DNA of 64,000 bases from Scenedesmus sp. PABB004 (Eukaryota): NCBI GenBank assembly GCA_014905635.1, contig JABVCE010000013.1, positions 372,001 to 436,000 on the forward strand, written 5' to 3'. Below, piece by piece: positions 12,090 through 23,219 of this stretch (the stretch's first letter is position 1; every line of letters starts with the position of its first letter). The translations under genes and the position numbers were made by a program. Below the pieces are notes generated by a model. The model did not search any database. It was given only the letters and a program-made list of their open reading frames with translations, and was not told the DNA's origin.

Positions 12090-13850
12090 ATGGACGTCGA
12101 GGGGCGTGCGGCGGACCTGTTGGACCGCCTGGAAGCGCTCGGGTGAGCTGCGGCGCCGCTGCGGCCGCGCTGGATGCATCTGCCCGCGGCGCCGCCTGGC
12201 GCGCCGCTCAGCGCACGGCGAGGGTGCGGCGGGGAAGAGATTGGGTGGCTGCTAACGGTCACGAGGCGCCGACCAGCCAGTCTACGCGGCGGGCCGGCGG
12301 CGGCGCCGCTGCTGCTGCTGTGCCCGGCGCGCGCTCACCCGCGCCGCGCCGCGCCGCCCCCCCCCCTCGCACGCATCCCAGCATGGCGTCCGGCCTGACT
12401 GAGGCCGACCTGACCGGTGCCGGCGTGCGCGAGCCGCTGTGCGCGGCGTGCGGCGCGCTCGCGGGCGCGCTCGCGGCGCTGCCCACCGACCTGGGGGTCG
12501 TCGACGACCCCGGCCACGCCGCGGCGGCCGCGGCCCAGCTGCGGGCGGCGGCGGCGACGCAGCGCGACGCGGCGCACGGCCGGCTCGACGCGGCGCTCGC
12601 GCGGCTCGTGCGCGCGGTCGACCCCGCGGCGGCCGCGGTCGCGGGCGGCAGCCGGGTGGAGCTGGTCGAGGTCGCCGTCGCGCACGTGCAGGCGGGCCGC
12701 ATCCTCGCGCACCGGCGGCGAGCCCGCGCGGCGGGCGAGGCGGCGCCCGCCGCGCAGGCAGAGCCGGGCGCCGACGCGGGCGGGCGGCGCAGCATGGAGC
12801 TGGACGCGAGCAGCGAGCTCGAGGCGAGCCGGGAGCTGCGGCAGATGGCCAAGGCGCTCAAGCTGGACGCGTCGCGCAGGTGCGGCGGCGTGGCGCGGCG
12901 CGCGGCGCGCGGCGTGCGGCGCGCGGGGCGGCGCTGCTAGTGCCTGGGCCGACGACGCGCGCCGCGCCGCTGCCGCGCGCCGCCCGCCGCCCGCAGCCGC
13001 GCGGCGCCGGTGCTCGCGGAGCTGCTGCCCGCGGCGCGCGCGCTCGTCGGCCGGCTGCCGCCGGCCTTCTGGCAGCCGCTCGCGGCGCTGGCGGGGCTGG
13101 ACGGCGGGCAGGCGGACGTGCTGCGCGAGGTGGACGCCGCGCTGCGCGACGAGTACCGGCTCCGCCGCCGCATGCTCATCGAACGCGTCAAGGTGTGCGC
13201 GCCCGCGGGCCGCCGGCCGGGCGGCCGGCACGCGGCCCCGCGCCCCGGCGTGCCGCTGGCCGACCGGGGGCCGCGGGAGGAGCAGCGGGGGCAGCGGCCC
13301 ACGGGCGCGCCGCCGCAACCACACGGCGCCGCGCCGCGCCGCAGGTGACGCTGCAGTCGTTCCTCTGGGCGCCGCGCGTCGCGGAGCGCGGCACGCGCGC
13401 CGAGCTCGAGGCGCTCGTCGCGGGCTGGCAGGGCGCGCTGGCGGAGGAGCCGGGCGCGGGGCTGGGCGCCCTCGGCGCCGCGTGCGCGGCCGACCTCGCG
13501 AGCGTCATGCGCCGCGCGACGAGCGGCGAGGGCGGCGCGATCGACGCCTCGGTGAAGCGCGTCCTCATCGGCAAGGTGGGGCGGCCAGCGCCGTGCGCCG
13601 CGCCGCGCGGGCGGGCGCAGCGCGGGGGCGTCAGAGAGGCAGCACGCGGCGCGCGGCGCGCGGCGCACGGCGCGCGGCTCAGCACCGTGCGCCGCGCGCG
13701 CCCGCGCCGGCCCGCAGGTGCCCGACCGCGGCGGCCGGCCCGAGGGCCGCTCGGCGCAGGCGAGCATGCCGGCGTGGGCGCCGCGCCGCGAGGGCGCTGG
13801 CGCTGGCGGCGGCGGCGGCGGCGGCGGCGGCAGGGGGCACCGCGGCGGGC

Positions 13851-13887
<37 letters not shown>

Positions 13888-13957
13888 GCGCGGCAAGGGC
13901 GGTGGCGGCCGCGGCGGCGGCGGCGGCAAGCGGGGCCGGTCGGGGCGCGGCGGCTAG
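12090..13957 (+). CDS. FAM98: FAM98-family protein with RGG-rich tail
   Basis: LRDEYRLRRRMLIERVK|VTLQSFLW..SVKRVLIGK|VPDRGGRP matches the FAM98 (DUF2465) motifs; Gly/Arg-rich C-terminus; first exon MDVEGRAADLLDRLEALG. Confidence 0.85.
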
Positions 13958-13998
13958 CGCGGCCGGGACAACGTTGCAACTCCAGCCCCACCGCCAGC

Positions 13999-15828
13999 TC
14001 ACGCGAGCCACTCGTCGTTGCGCACCGCCTGCAGCCGCCGCGTCGAGCCGGGCGCGCCGCCGTCGGCGCCGTACACGAGAACGGCGCGGGACAGCCCCGC
14101 GCCGCGCCCGTGCAGCACGCCGACCTCAAACTCCAGCGGCTCAGCGGCGGCGCCGTCGGCCAGCGACGGGATGCGGGCCGGCAGCCGCGCCCAGCAGCCG
14201 CCGCCCGGGAACCAGAGCATGACGCTCCCCGCGTCGTCGGCGCGCCCGGCGGCGCCCGCGGCCGAGGCGGCGGCGGCGGCGGCGAGCGCGCGCAGCTCGG
14301 CCAGGTCGGGCGCGTCGCCGTCGGGCGCGCCGCGCTCGCTCTGCGCGCACAGCAGCTGCTGCGCCGCGTCCGAGCTGTAGGCGTACGTCGTGCACGCGTG
14401 GCGCAGCGACGGGCAGGCCGCCAGGCCGCCGAGCAGCTCGCCCAGGCTGGCCGACCTGTGGGCGGGCGGCGGAGCCGCGCCTCTGTGGCGGCTGCGTGCC
14501 TCGGCGGCGGCCGCCCGGTGCTGCCGCGCCCGGCGCGCCCAAGTGCATGCATCGCCGCGGCCGCGCGCACCCGTCCCGCGCCGGCGGCGCGACGCGCGGC
14601 AGCACCACGCGGGCGTGGTCGTCGCCCGACACCTCGCGCGGCTCGACGGCCTTCTGCCAGCTGTAGCGATAGCTGCTGAGCTGACCCGTCGTCCAGTCAA
14701 AGGCGACGCCGAGGGTTGACCCCTGCCACACGCCGTCGTCGTCGGGGTGCTGCAGGCGGCGGCGGCGGCGGCGGCAGTGTGGGCGCGGCGCGCTGGGGGC
14801 GCCGGCCCTGCCTTGGCAGCCTGCTCGGCGGGGGCCGCTGGCGGGGGCCGCCGGCTGCCCATCCGCCCGCCCGCACGCACCGTGAGGAGGATTTCAGTGA
14901 ACCAGTAGGACCCCGGCGGCGACGCCGCGGCGAGGCCGGCGCCCCAGGCGTCCGGCAGCGCCGCGTTCACAATCGCCAGCCCGCTGCTGGCGAGCGGCAG
15001 CAGGCGCAGCACGCGGTGCAGCGGCGCGCCCGCCGCCTCCCAGCCCGCCAGCGACGGCTGCGCGCGTGCGGGCGGGGCGGGTGGGCGCGCGGCGCGGGGC
15101 AGGGCGGGGCGGCGGCGCACGCGGCGCGGGCCAGCCGCCGCGCCGGGCGCCGCGGCGCGGCGCGGCGCGTCGCACGCTGAGCTGCGGCGCGTCGGGCGAG
15201 AACGTGAAGCGCGTGGCGGTGGCGGACAGGGCGGCCTGGTCCCACACGACGTCGCCGGGGGCGCCGCCGGCGGCCGTGACGCCGGCGTCGCTGCTGCTGG
15301 TGGTGTAGTAGCTGATGTCCACGCTGGCCGGCTGCTCCAGCGGGTGCGGCCCCAGCGGGCTCAGCCCCTGGTCGTCGCCGCCGGCGCCGCCACCGCCGCC
15401 GGCGCCGAGGCGCGCGCGCCAGAGGTGCAGGATCGCGCCGCGCGCCGCCGGCGGCGCGCCGCCGGCGCCGCCGGCGCCCTCGCGCGTCTCCCACTCCCCG
15501 AGGCGGCCCGCCGCCCAGCCGGTCGGCGTGAGGCCCGGCATCGTCGTCAGCAGCGTGCTCCACAGCTCCTCCTTGCTCACCGGCGCCGGCGCCGCGGCGA
15601 GGCGCGCCGCGGCGCCAGCAGCGCCGCGCGCCCGCAGCGCGGCGCGGCGCGGGCGCAGCGGCGGCGCTGGGCCCCCGCGCCGCGCCGCGCGCCAGCCGCC
15701 TGCGCGGCGGTGTTGCGGTGCGGTGCGCACACCTGGCGGTGAGGGCGCAGCGGGGCAGGCGGCGCATGGCCAGGCGCGAGCGCGGCGCAGCCTGGCGCAC
15801 CGGCGCTGGCGGCGCTGCCGCTGATCAT
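13999..15828 (-). CDS. Putative DUF3598/BFA1-like beta-barrel protein, paralogue A (start uncertain)
   Basis: ..KEELWSTLLTTMPGL..GRLGEWE..RFTFSPDAPQLS|PSLAGW..AIVNAALP..WFTEILLT|..VMLWFPGGGCWARLP..LEFEVGVL..LSRAVLVY..NDEWLA*. The C-terminal pattern recalls DUF3598. Confidence 0.55.
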
Positions 15829-16133
15829 GATCGGTCCCTGCGCCGTCGTGCGTGGACGCAGCGCAAACAGAAGCGCGGGAATGCGCGGCGAGGCGGGCGC
15901 GGACGCTGCGGGTGAGAAGGTTTTTGACTCGAATGCGACGGCGGCGCATTCGGGCGGCGCAGCGGCTCTGAGCGCTTGCCCTCCCCGATCGCCGCCCGCC
16001 GTGCACTCTCCGCCCTGTCGCCACCGACCCGCGCGAGCACGCCCTGCCGTCCCGCCCTGCCGCCGCGACACAAGGCGCACGCAGCGGTCGCTGCTCACCG
16101 GCGCCAACCGCCGCAACCGCAGACCGCGCCGCC

Positions 16134-18256
16134 ATGCTGCTGCAGCAGGCTGCTGGCGGCGCCGGCCTGCACCAGGCGAGCGGGCGGCGGCGGCGCGCCG
16201 GAGCGCTCGCGGACGGCGCGCGCGAGCAGCGGCGCAGCGCGCGCGCGCCGTCGAGACCGCGCCCGCGCCCCCGCGCCCGCAGCGCGCGGCGCTGTCGGCG
16301 GCTGCGCCGGCGGCCCGCGCGCGCCCGCGCGCATCGCGCCGGGGCGCGGCCGCCGCGCCCGCGGCGCGCGAGCCGGACGCTGCGCAGGCGCCGCGGCCCT
16401 CCGCCGGCGCGCGCCACCCGAGCGCTCAGGAGTGCTTCGACGACATGCTGACCATGCTGGGCGGCCTGGACGACAGGCGCGGGCGCGGCGCGCACGGCGC
16501 GGCCGCCGGGGGCGGCGCGCCCGGCCGCCGACCCGCGCCCGGCAGCCGACCCACGCGCCCGCCGCCGCCCGCGCGCCGCCAGCCGCCTGGTCGGCTACGC
16601 CGGGCAGTGGGCGACCTGGGACGTCAGCGCCGGCGGGGCCGCGCCGCCGGCGCTCATCGACGCGAGCGTCAACATCCGGCTCTGGCGCATGACCGACCGC
16701 GGCGCGCAGACGCTGAAGCAGAGCAACCTCTATCAGCGCCCCGCCAAGATGGCGGGTGCGCGGCACCCGCGCCCGCGCCCGCGCCCGTGCCCGCGCACGC
16801 GCACGCGCACGCGCGGCCAGCGCCCGCCCGGCACACGGGGGCGCCCGCGCCGCCCGCGCCGCCGCGTCCACCGCCGCGCCTCGCGTCAGGCCCCAGCACG
16901 CGCTTCCTGCCGTATCTGTCAGGCAACACAATGGAGGGCCGGGCCGACGGCTACGGGCTGCGCGAGTGGAGCTTCGGCCCCGACAGCGACATGCTCAGCG
17001 TGGGTTTAGGGTTTCCTAACCCCGCCCCGCGGGCCCCGCGCGGCGCCCCGCTCGGACAGGGGCTGGCCGGCGCCTCGCAGGGCGCGGGGTGCAGGTGGCG
17101 CGCCGCGCCCACGCCCGCCGCGCGCCGCCCGCCGCCGCCGCCGCGGCCGCAGCCCGACGCGTCGGCCTGGCGCGCCGCGCCCGGCGCGGGCGAGCGCAGC
17201 ATGCGCGTGCTGAGCGTGCCCGGGCGCGCGGCGACGATCGTCAACGGCGCGCTGCCGTCGGGGTTTGAGGCGGGCCACGTGCCGCCGATCTGGGTGCTCG
17301 AGTTCATCGTCAAGGTGCGGCGGCACGGCGGCGTGGGCGTGGGCGTGGGAGGGCGTTGGCTGGGCTCGAGCTCGGCAGCCCAGCCCCGCCCAGGCGCAGC
17401 ACCGCGCCGCCGGCGCGGGCGCGCCGCGGCCGGACCCGCGCCGCGCAGGAGCCCGGCAGCGACGCGCGGCGCTGGGCGAGCATGGCCTGGTACGAGCACG
17501 GGCGCCTCGCGGTCAGCCGGTCCATCAACGAGGACGCCGCGGCGCTGCCGGACGACCTCGAGGCCCGGTCGATCGACCCCGCCGCGTTTGTGTTTGCGCC
17601 GCGGCGCGACGGGTGCGGCGCACGCGCGCGCAGGCGTGCGGCGGCGGCGCGCGCGGCGCTCCGAACAGCAGGGACCCTGGTCGCCCCCGACTCCGCACCG
17701 CGCGCGCCGCGCGCGCCGCAGCGAGCTCGGCGGCATCGAGCGCCACATGGCGAGCGGCGCGGCGAGCCGCGCGGGCGCCGCCACGGCGTTCACCTACGGC
17801 GCCGACGGCCGCCTCGCGGTCGAGAGCGCGGCCTGCGCCTGGTCGCTCGGCGCCGCGGCCGCGTTTGCGCCCGGCGCGCCCGCGGCCGCGCCCGCCGCGG
17901 GCGGCCTCGCGGAGCAGGACTTTCCGGACTGGTCGTACAGCCGCGTGCCGCGCGACCTGCCCGCGCTCATCGCCGCCGGCCTGCCGCGCGTCACGTTTGA
18001 GGCCGGCACCGTGCTCGGGTGCGCCGCCGCCGACGCCGCCGCGCCGGCGGGCTCGCGTGCAAGCGCGCGCTGGCCCCCTGCCCGCCGCGCGTGCGCGCCC
18101 GCGACACGACGGCCGCGTGCGGCGCCGCGCAGGGACGGCTCGGTGTCCCGCTGGCTGCTCACGTACGAGACGGGCGGGCACCGCCTGCTGGAGTCGGCGG
18201 TGTTTGAGCACTATCCAGCCGCGGGCGGCGGCGGCAGCGGCGAGGCCAGCAGGTGA
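16134..18256 (+). CDS. Putative DUF3598/BFA1-like beta-barrel protein, paralogue B
   Basis: Transit-like N-terminus; ECFDDMLTMLGGL..GYAGQWATWD..EWSFGPDSDMLS|PDASAW..TIVNGALP..WVLEFIVK|..FPDWSYSRVP..VTFEAGTVL|..SRWLLTY..AVFEHY; TGTAA at 18351 downstream. Confidence 0.6.
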
Positions 18257-18350
18257 CGCCGCGGCGGGGCCTGCACGGGGGGCGAGCGCCCGAGGGTCTG
18301 CATGACGGGGTCTGGTTACCGCCGCGCGCCGCGCGGCTGATGTACACAAG

Positions 18351-18355
18351 TGTAA
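18351..18355 (+). promoter_or_regulatory. Candidate chlorophyte polyadenylation signal TGTAA
   Basis: TGTAA ~95 nt after the stop at 18256. UGUAA is the known chlorophyte poly(A) signal. A similar site lies at ~30265 after the CBP60-like gene. Confidence 0.55.
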
Positions 18356-18468
18356 CAGTGAGCTGCGCCTGGCCGGCCGCCGCCGGCGCGTCAAGGAAGG
18401 CCCCGCCGGCGCCGGCGCCGCCGCCGCCCCGCGCGCCGCGGCCGGCGCCGCCGCGCGCGTGCGCGCGC

Positions 18469-20788
18469 TCACACGAGCGGCGCGCTGTCGAGCTCGGCGT
18501 CGTCGTACGCGAGCATCGCGCCCCGCGGCACGGCGAGGTAGATGCGCTGCCCGACGTCGAGCCGCAGCTCGCCGTCGGCCTGCGCGCGCGTGACGGCGTA
18601 GTCGACCTCCACGTCGTCGTCAAACCGCAGCGTGTACTTGACCGTCCACCCCAGGTTAGACTTTTCGGCGACCGTCGCGGGCGTGACGGGCACGCCGGCG
18701 ATGCTCTCCGCGTAGTCGCGCACGAGCGTGATGTCGCTCGGCCTGAACATCACGCGGCCCTTGCCGCCGGGCGCGAAGCCCGCGCGCCGCACGAGCGCGC
18801 AGCCCGCGGGCACCGAGTTGGTGTCGCCGACGAAGCTGAGCACGAATGGCGTCGCGGGCGCGCGGATGATGTCGTTGGGGCTGCCCGCCTGCTCTATGAG
18901 CCCGCGGTTGAAGATCACGACCTGGTCGGCCAGGTCAAACGCCTCCTCCTGGTCGTGCGTGACGATGATCTGTGTGCGGCGGGCCGGCGCGTGGGCGCGG
19001 CGCGCGGCAGTCAAAGGGGACGGAACGCGCGCGGGCCGGCGCGGCGGCGGCCGGGGGTCGGCAGCGGCCGGGAGCGGCGACGCGCGGCGCGGCGCGGCGC
19101 ACCGTGGTCACGCCGACGCTGCGCACAATCTCCTTGAGCCCCGCGCGCAGCTGCTTGCGCACGACGGCGTCAAGCGCGCCAAACGGCTCGTCCAGCAGCA
19201 GCAGCCGAGGGTTGCTCGCGAGCGCGCGCGCGAGCGCGACGCGCTGCCGCTGCCCGCCGGAGAGCTGGCGCGGGTACCTGCGGCGCCGCGCCGCGCACGC
19301 ATGCGGGCAGCGCGCGCGGGTGGGCGCGGCGCGGCGCGGCGCCGGCCGCCCGCCGCCGCGCGGGGGCCGCCCCCACGCCGGCGCCGCGGCGCACCTGTCG
19401 CCGAGCCCCGTGAGCTGCACCAGCTCCAGCAGGTCGGCCACGCGCTTGTCGTGGTCCACCGGCAGCTTGCGCACCTGGCGGCGCCGCGGGCGCGGGCGCG
19501 GCGGCCGCGTTGCGCCCCCCGCGGGGCGCCGCCGCGCCCCGCAGCTCGCGCAGCCCCGCGCGGCCGCGGTCGCCCGCTTGCCCGCGCGGCGCGCACCTGC
19601 AGGCCAAACTTGATGTTGTCCGCCACGTTCATGTGGTTGAAGAGCGCGTAGCTCTGAAACACCATGCCCACCTGGCGGCGGCGAGAGCACCACGGCCGCG
19701 GCGAGAGCGGCGGCGAGAGCGTGGGCGCGGGCGCGGCGGCGCGAGGCGGCGCGCGCCGGCTGCCGCCGGCTGCCGCCGGCTGCCGCCGGCTGCCGCCGCG
19801 CCGCACCTGGCGGTCCTGCACCGGCAGGTCTGTCGCGTCGAGGTCATCAAAGTATATCTTGCCGCCCGTGGGCAGCTCCAGGCCCGCGACCAGCCGCAGC
19901 AGCGTCGTCTTGCCTGCGGCGCGCGGCGCGCGCTGTGAGCGGCCGCCGCGCCGCCGCCGCACCGCGCGCGGGCGCCGCGGCGCAGGCCGGCCCTGCGCGG
20001 GCGGCCGCACCCGAGCCGCTGGGGCCGAGCAGCGCGCAGATGGTGCTGGGCGGGATGTCGACGTCGACGCCGTCCACCGCCTTGAACACGCCCTTGGCGG
20101 TGTTGAAGTGCTTCACCATGCCACGCACCTGCGCGCCGCGCCGCCGGCACGCCGCGTTGGGCGCGCGCTGCCGCGCCGCCCGCCGCGCCCGCCGCCGCGG
20201 CGCCGCGCCGGTTGCGCACCCGCACAAACAGGCCCGTGCTCTGACGCTCCGGCGTCAGCTGGATGCCGTCCACCAGGTCCTCGCTGCTGTCCAGCGCTGG
20301 CAGCGGCGCGGGCGCTGCTGCGCCGATGCCGTTGAGTGCCGCGGCGGCGGCGGGCGCCTGCGGCGAGCGCGGCGCGGCGCTCGGCGGCCGCGCTCCCCCT
20401 CCGCCCCTGGCTGCCCACTCCCCTCTGCCAGCGCGGCGGCGCCCCGGGGCGCGGCGGCGCGGCGCCGCGCCGGCGGCCGCCGGCGCACCTGCTGCGCCTG
20501 CTGCTCCGCCGCCGAGCTCTCCACGCCAGCCGCACGCGCGGCGGTCGCCCTGCGGCTGCGCGGAGCGGTGAGGCGCCGCGTCAGCTCCGCCCTGGCGGGC
20601 GGGCGGGGCGCCAGGGCGCCGCAGCGGGCCGCACACCTCGGTGGAATGGTGGAACGGGTGCCCGGCTGCTGCTGCACGGCGCGCGCCGGCCGCGAGCGGG
20701 CGCCGATCGCGCTTGTGCGCGTCGCAGCGCCCGGCGCGCCGGTGCCGCGGGCGGGCGCCGCGCCGGCCGGGGCGCGCCGCAGCAGCAT
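18469..20788 (-). CDS. cysA: Plastid sulfate ABC transporter ATP-binding subunit (CysA/SABC)
   Basis: [21 protein letters not shown] (Walker A), [67 protein letters not shown]; transit-like N-terminus. Confidence 0.9.
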
Positions 20789-21053
20789 GGCTGCGGCGGA
20801 GCGAGCTGCGCGCTTGTCGTGGCCAGTCGACCGGGCGGCTGCTGGGACCGAGCGAGGGCCGCTGAGCGAGAGGGCCGCTGCTGCTGCGAGCAGCAGGGCT
20901 GGCTGCCCCTGAGCGAGGCCGGGCTTGCGGGCGGGCTGCGCAGCGTGTCGGCCACTGAAACGAGCTGCCTGCAGGCAGCGGGGGCCCGGGGCTGCTGCGA
21001 CGCGCTACACCGCGCCGCTGCGCCGCCGCGCCCCCAGCCCCGCGCGCCGGCCG

Positions 21054-21605
21054 TCAGTCGTCGCCCATCATGGGGTCGGCCGGCTCCGCCGCGTCGCTGG
21101 TGCCCTCCATGTCCTCGCCGCCGGCGGTCGTGCGGCGGTGCGCGCCGGCGCCGCCGGGCGCGCCGGCGCCGGCGCCGGCGTCGGTCGTCGGGTCTGCGTC
21201 CATGAGCCCGCTCGCCGCCGGCTCGCCGCCGCCGAGCGCGGCGCCGCCGCCGGCACTCGCGGTCGGCGCGGCCGTGATGTGCGCGCGCGCGCCGCGCAGC
21301 CGCGCGCGCATCGCCTCGTACGACCGGCGGTCGCGCCGGCTGACGCTCGGGCTCACGCTGCGCAGCGCGGCCTCAAAGTGCCGCAGCAGCACGAGCGGGC
21401 GCTGCGCGGGCGGGGCGCCGCCGCCGGCGGGCGCCTGCATGGCCTCCTTGAGCGCGAGCACCGCCGCCTCCTTGACCAGCGCCGCCACGTCCGCCCCCGA
21501 GAAGCCCTCGCAGCGCTCGCTCCTGCGCGGCGGGCGCGGGCGCGTGCGATCAGGACCGCCGCACGGCGCGCGCGCGCCGCCGGCGCCGCCGCCGCAGGGT
21601 CCATG

Positions 21606-21638
<33 letters not shown>

Positions 21639-23165
21639 GCGCCCGCGCCCGCGCCCGCGCCCGCCGCCGCACCGCGCGAGCGCCTGCGCGCCCTCGAGCA
21701 CGCCCGGCGCCATCGGCGTGCGCCGCCCCGCGGCCGCGAGGATGCCGGCGCGGCCGTCGGGCGGCGGCAGCGGGACATACAGCACCTTGTCGAGCCGCCC
21801 CGGGCGCAGCAGCGCGGGGTCGATCATGTCGGGCCGGTTGGTCGCGGCGACGACGTACACGCCCTGCGGCGGCGCGGCACAGCGCGCACAGCGCGCGGGG
21901 CGCTCAGCGCGCGCGAGGCGGGCGGCGCGCGCGCCGGCAGCCCGCACAGCACCCCGCCCGACTAACGCGCGCGGCCTGCCCCCGCCGCCGCCGCGGCGTG
22001 GGCGGGGCCCGCGCCCCGCCGCGCGCGTCCCGCGCGCGCCCTGCGCCGCACCCCCATCCGCCCCCCCCCTCCACACACACACCGCCCCTCAGCAGCTCGG
22101 GGCCCTGCAGCGCAGCGCGGCCGGCCGCCACACACACACCGCCCCTGCCCCGCGCCCGCGCACCAGGCGCGCGTCGATGCCGTCGAGCTCGGTGAGCAGC
22201 TGGTTGACGAGGCGCTCGGCGGGCGCGTTGTTGTCGGAGCCGCGGCGCGGCGCGAGCGCGTCCATCTCGTCGAAGAAGAGCACGCACGGGTGCGCCGCGC
22301 GCGCGCGCGAGAAGAGCGCCCGCACCGCGCGCTCGCTCTCGCCGACGTACTTGTTCAGCAGCTCGGGGCCCTGCAGCGCAGCGCGGCCGGCCGGCGCCGC
22401 GCGTGGCGGTTGGCGGGCGGGCGTGCGGCGGCGGGCGGGCGGGCGGCGACGTGTGGGTTCGCGGCGGCGTGCGTGGCGCGCGGCGAGAGGCGCGGGGCGG
22501 CGCGGGGCGGCGGGCACGGGCGCCGGCGGCGGGCGGCGCGGCGGGCGGCGCGTGCGGGCGGGCGGCGCGCGCGGCGCGGCGCGCGGCGGGCGGCGCGCAG
22601 GGGGTGTCGCGCCTTGATGCTTATGAAGTTGGCCCCGCTCTCCGCGGCGACGGCCTTGGCGAGCAGCGTCTTGCCGCACCCGGGCGGGCCGTGCAGCAGC
22701 ACGCCGCCGCCCGCGGCGAGGCCCATCGCCGCAAACGCCTCGGGGTGCGCGATCGGCTGCGAGACCGCGAACGAGAGCTCCTCGCGCACCTGGGCGCGCG
22801 CGGCGCGCGGGGGCCCGTGAGCGTGCGGCGCGCGGCGCGCGGGGCGCGCGGCGAGCGGGCGGCGGCCGCCCCAGCCACGGCGGCGCACCTCCTCGAGCGA
22901 GCCCACGTCGTCCCACGTCGCGTCGGGCTTGGTGGTGAAGCCCTCGCGCCGCACGCTCGGCTGCACCTTGGGCAGCGCCGCCTCAAAGTCGGCCATGCTG
23001 ATGGCGAGCCCCGACAGCTCCGCGTGCGTGAGCGCGCCGCCGCCCAGGCGGCGCACCGCGGGCCCCGCGGCGGCGGCGGCGCCCGCCGCCGGCACGAGCG
23101 CGACCGCCGCGCCTGCCGCTGCTGCGGCCGGCGGCGCTGCTAGCGCTCCTGCTGCTGGTCCGGCA

Positions 23166-23219
<54 letters not shown>

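Noticed and set aside
18469..20788. Bacterial-like cysA as recent horizontal transfer
   Set aside because: Intron-rich with a transit peptide; nuclear-encoded plastid CysA is known in chlorophytes.
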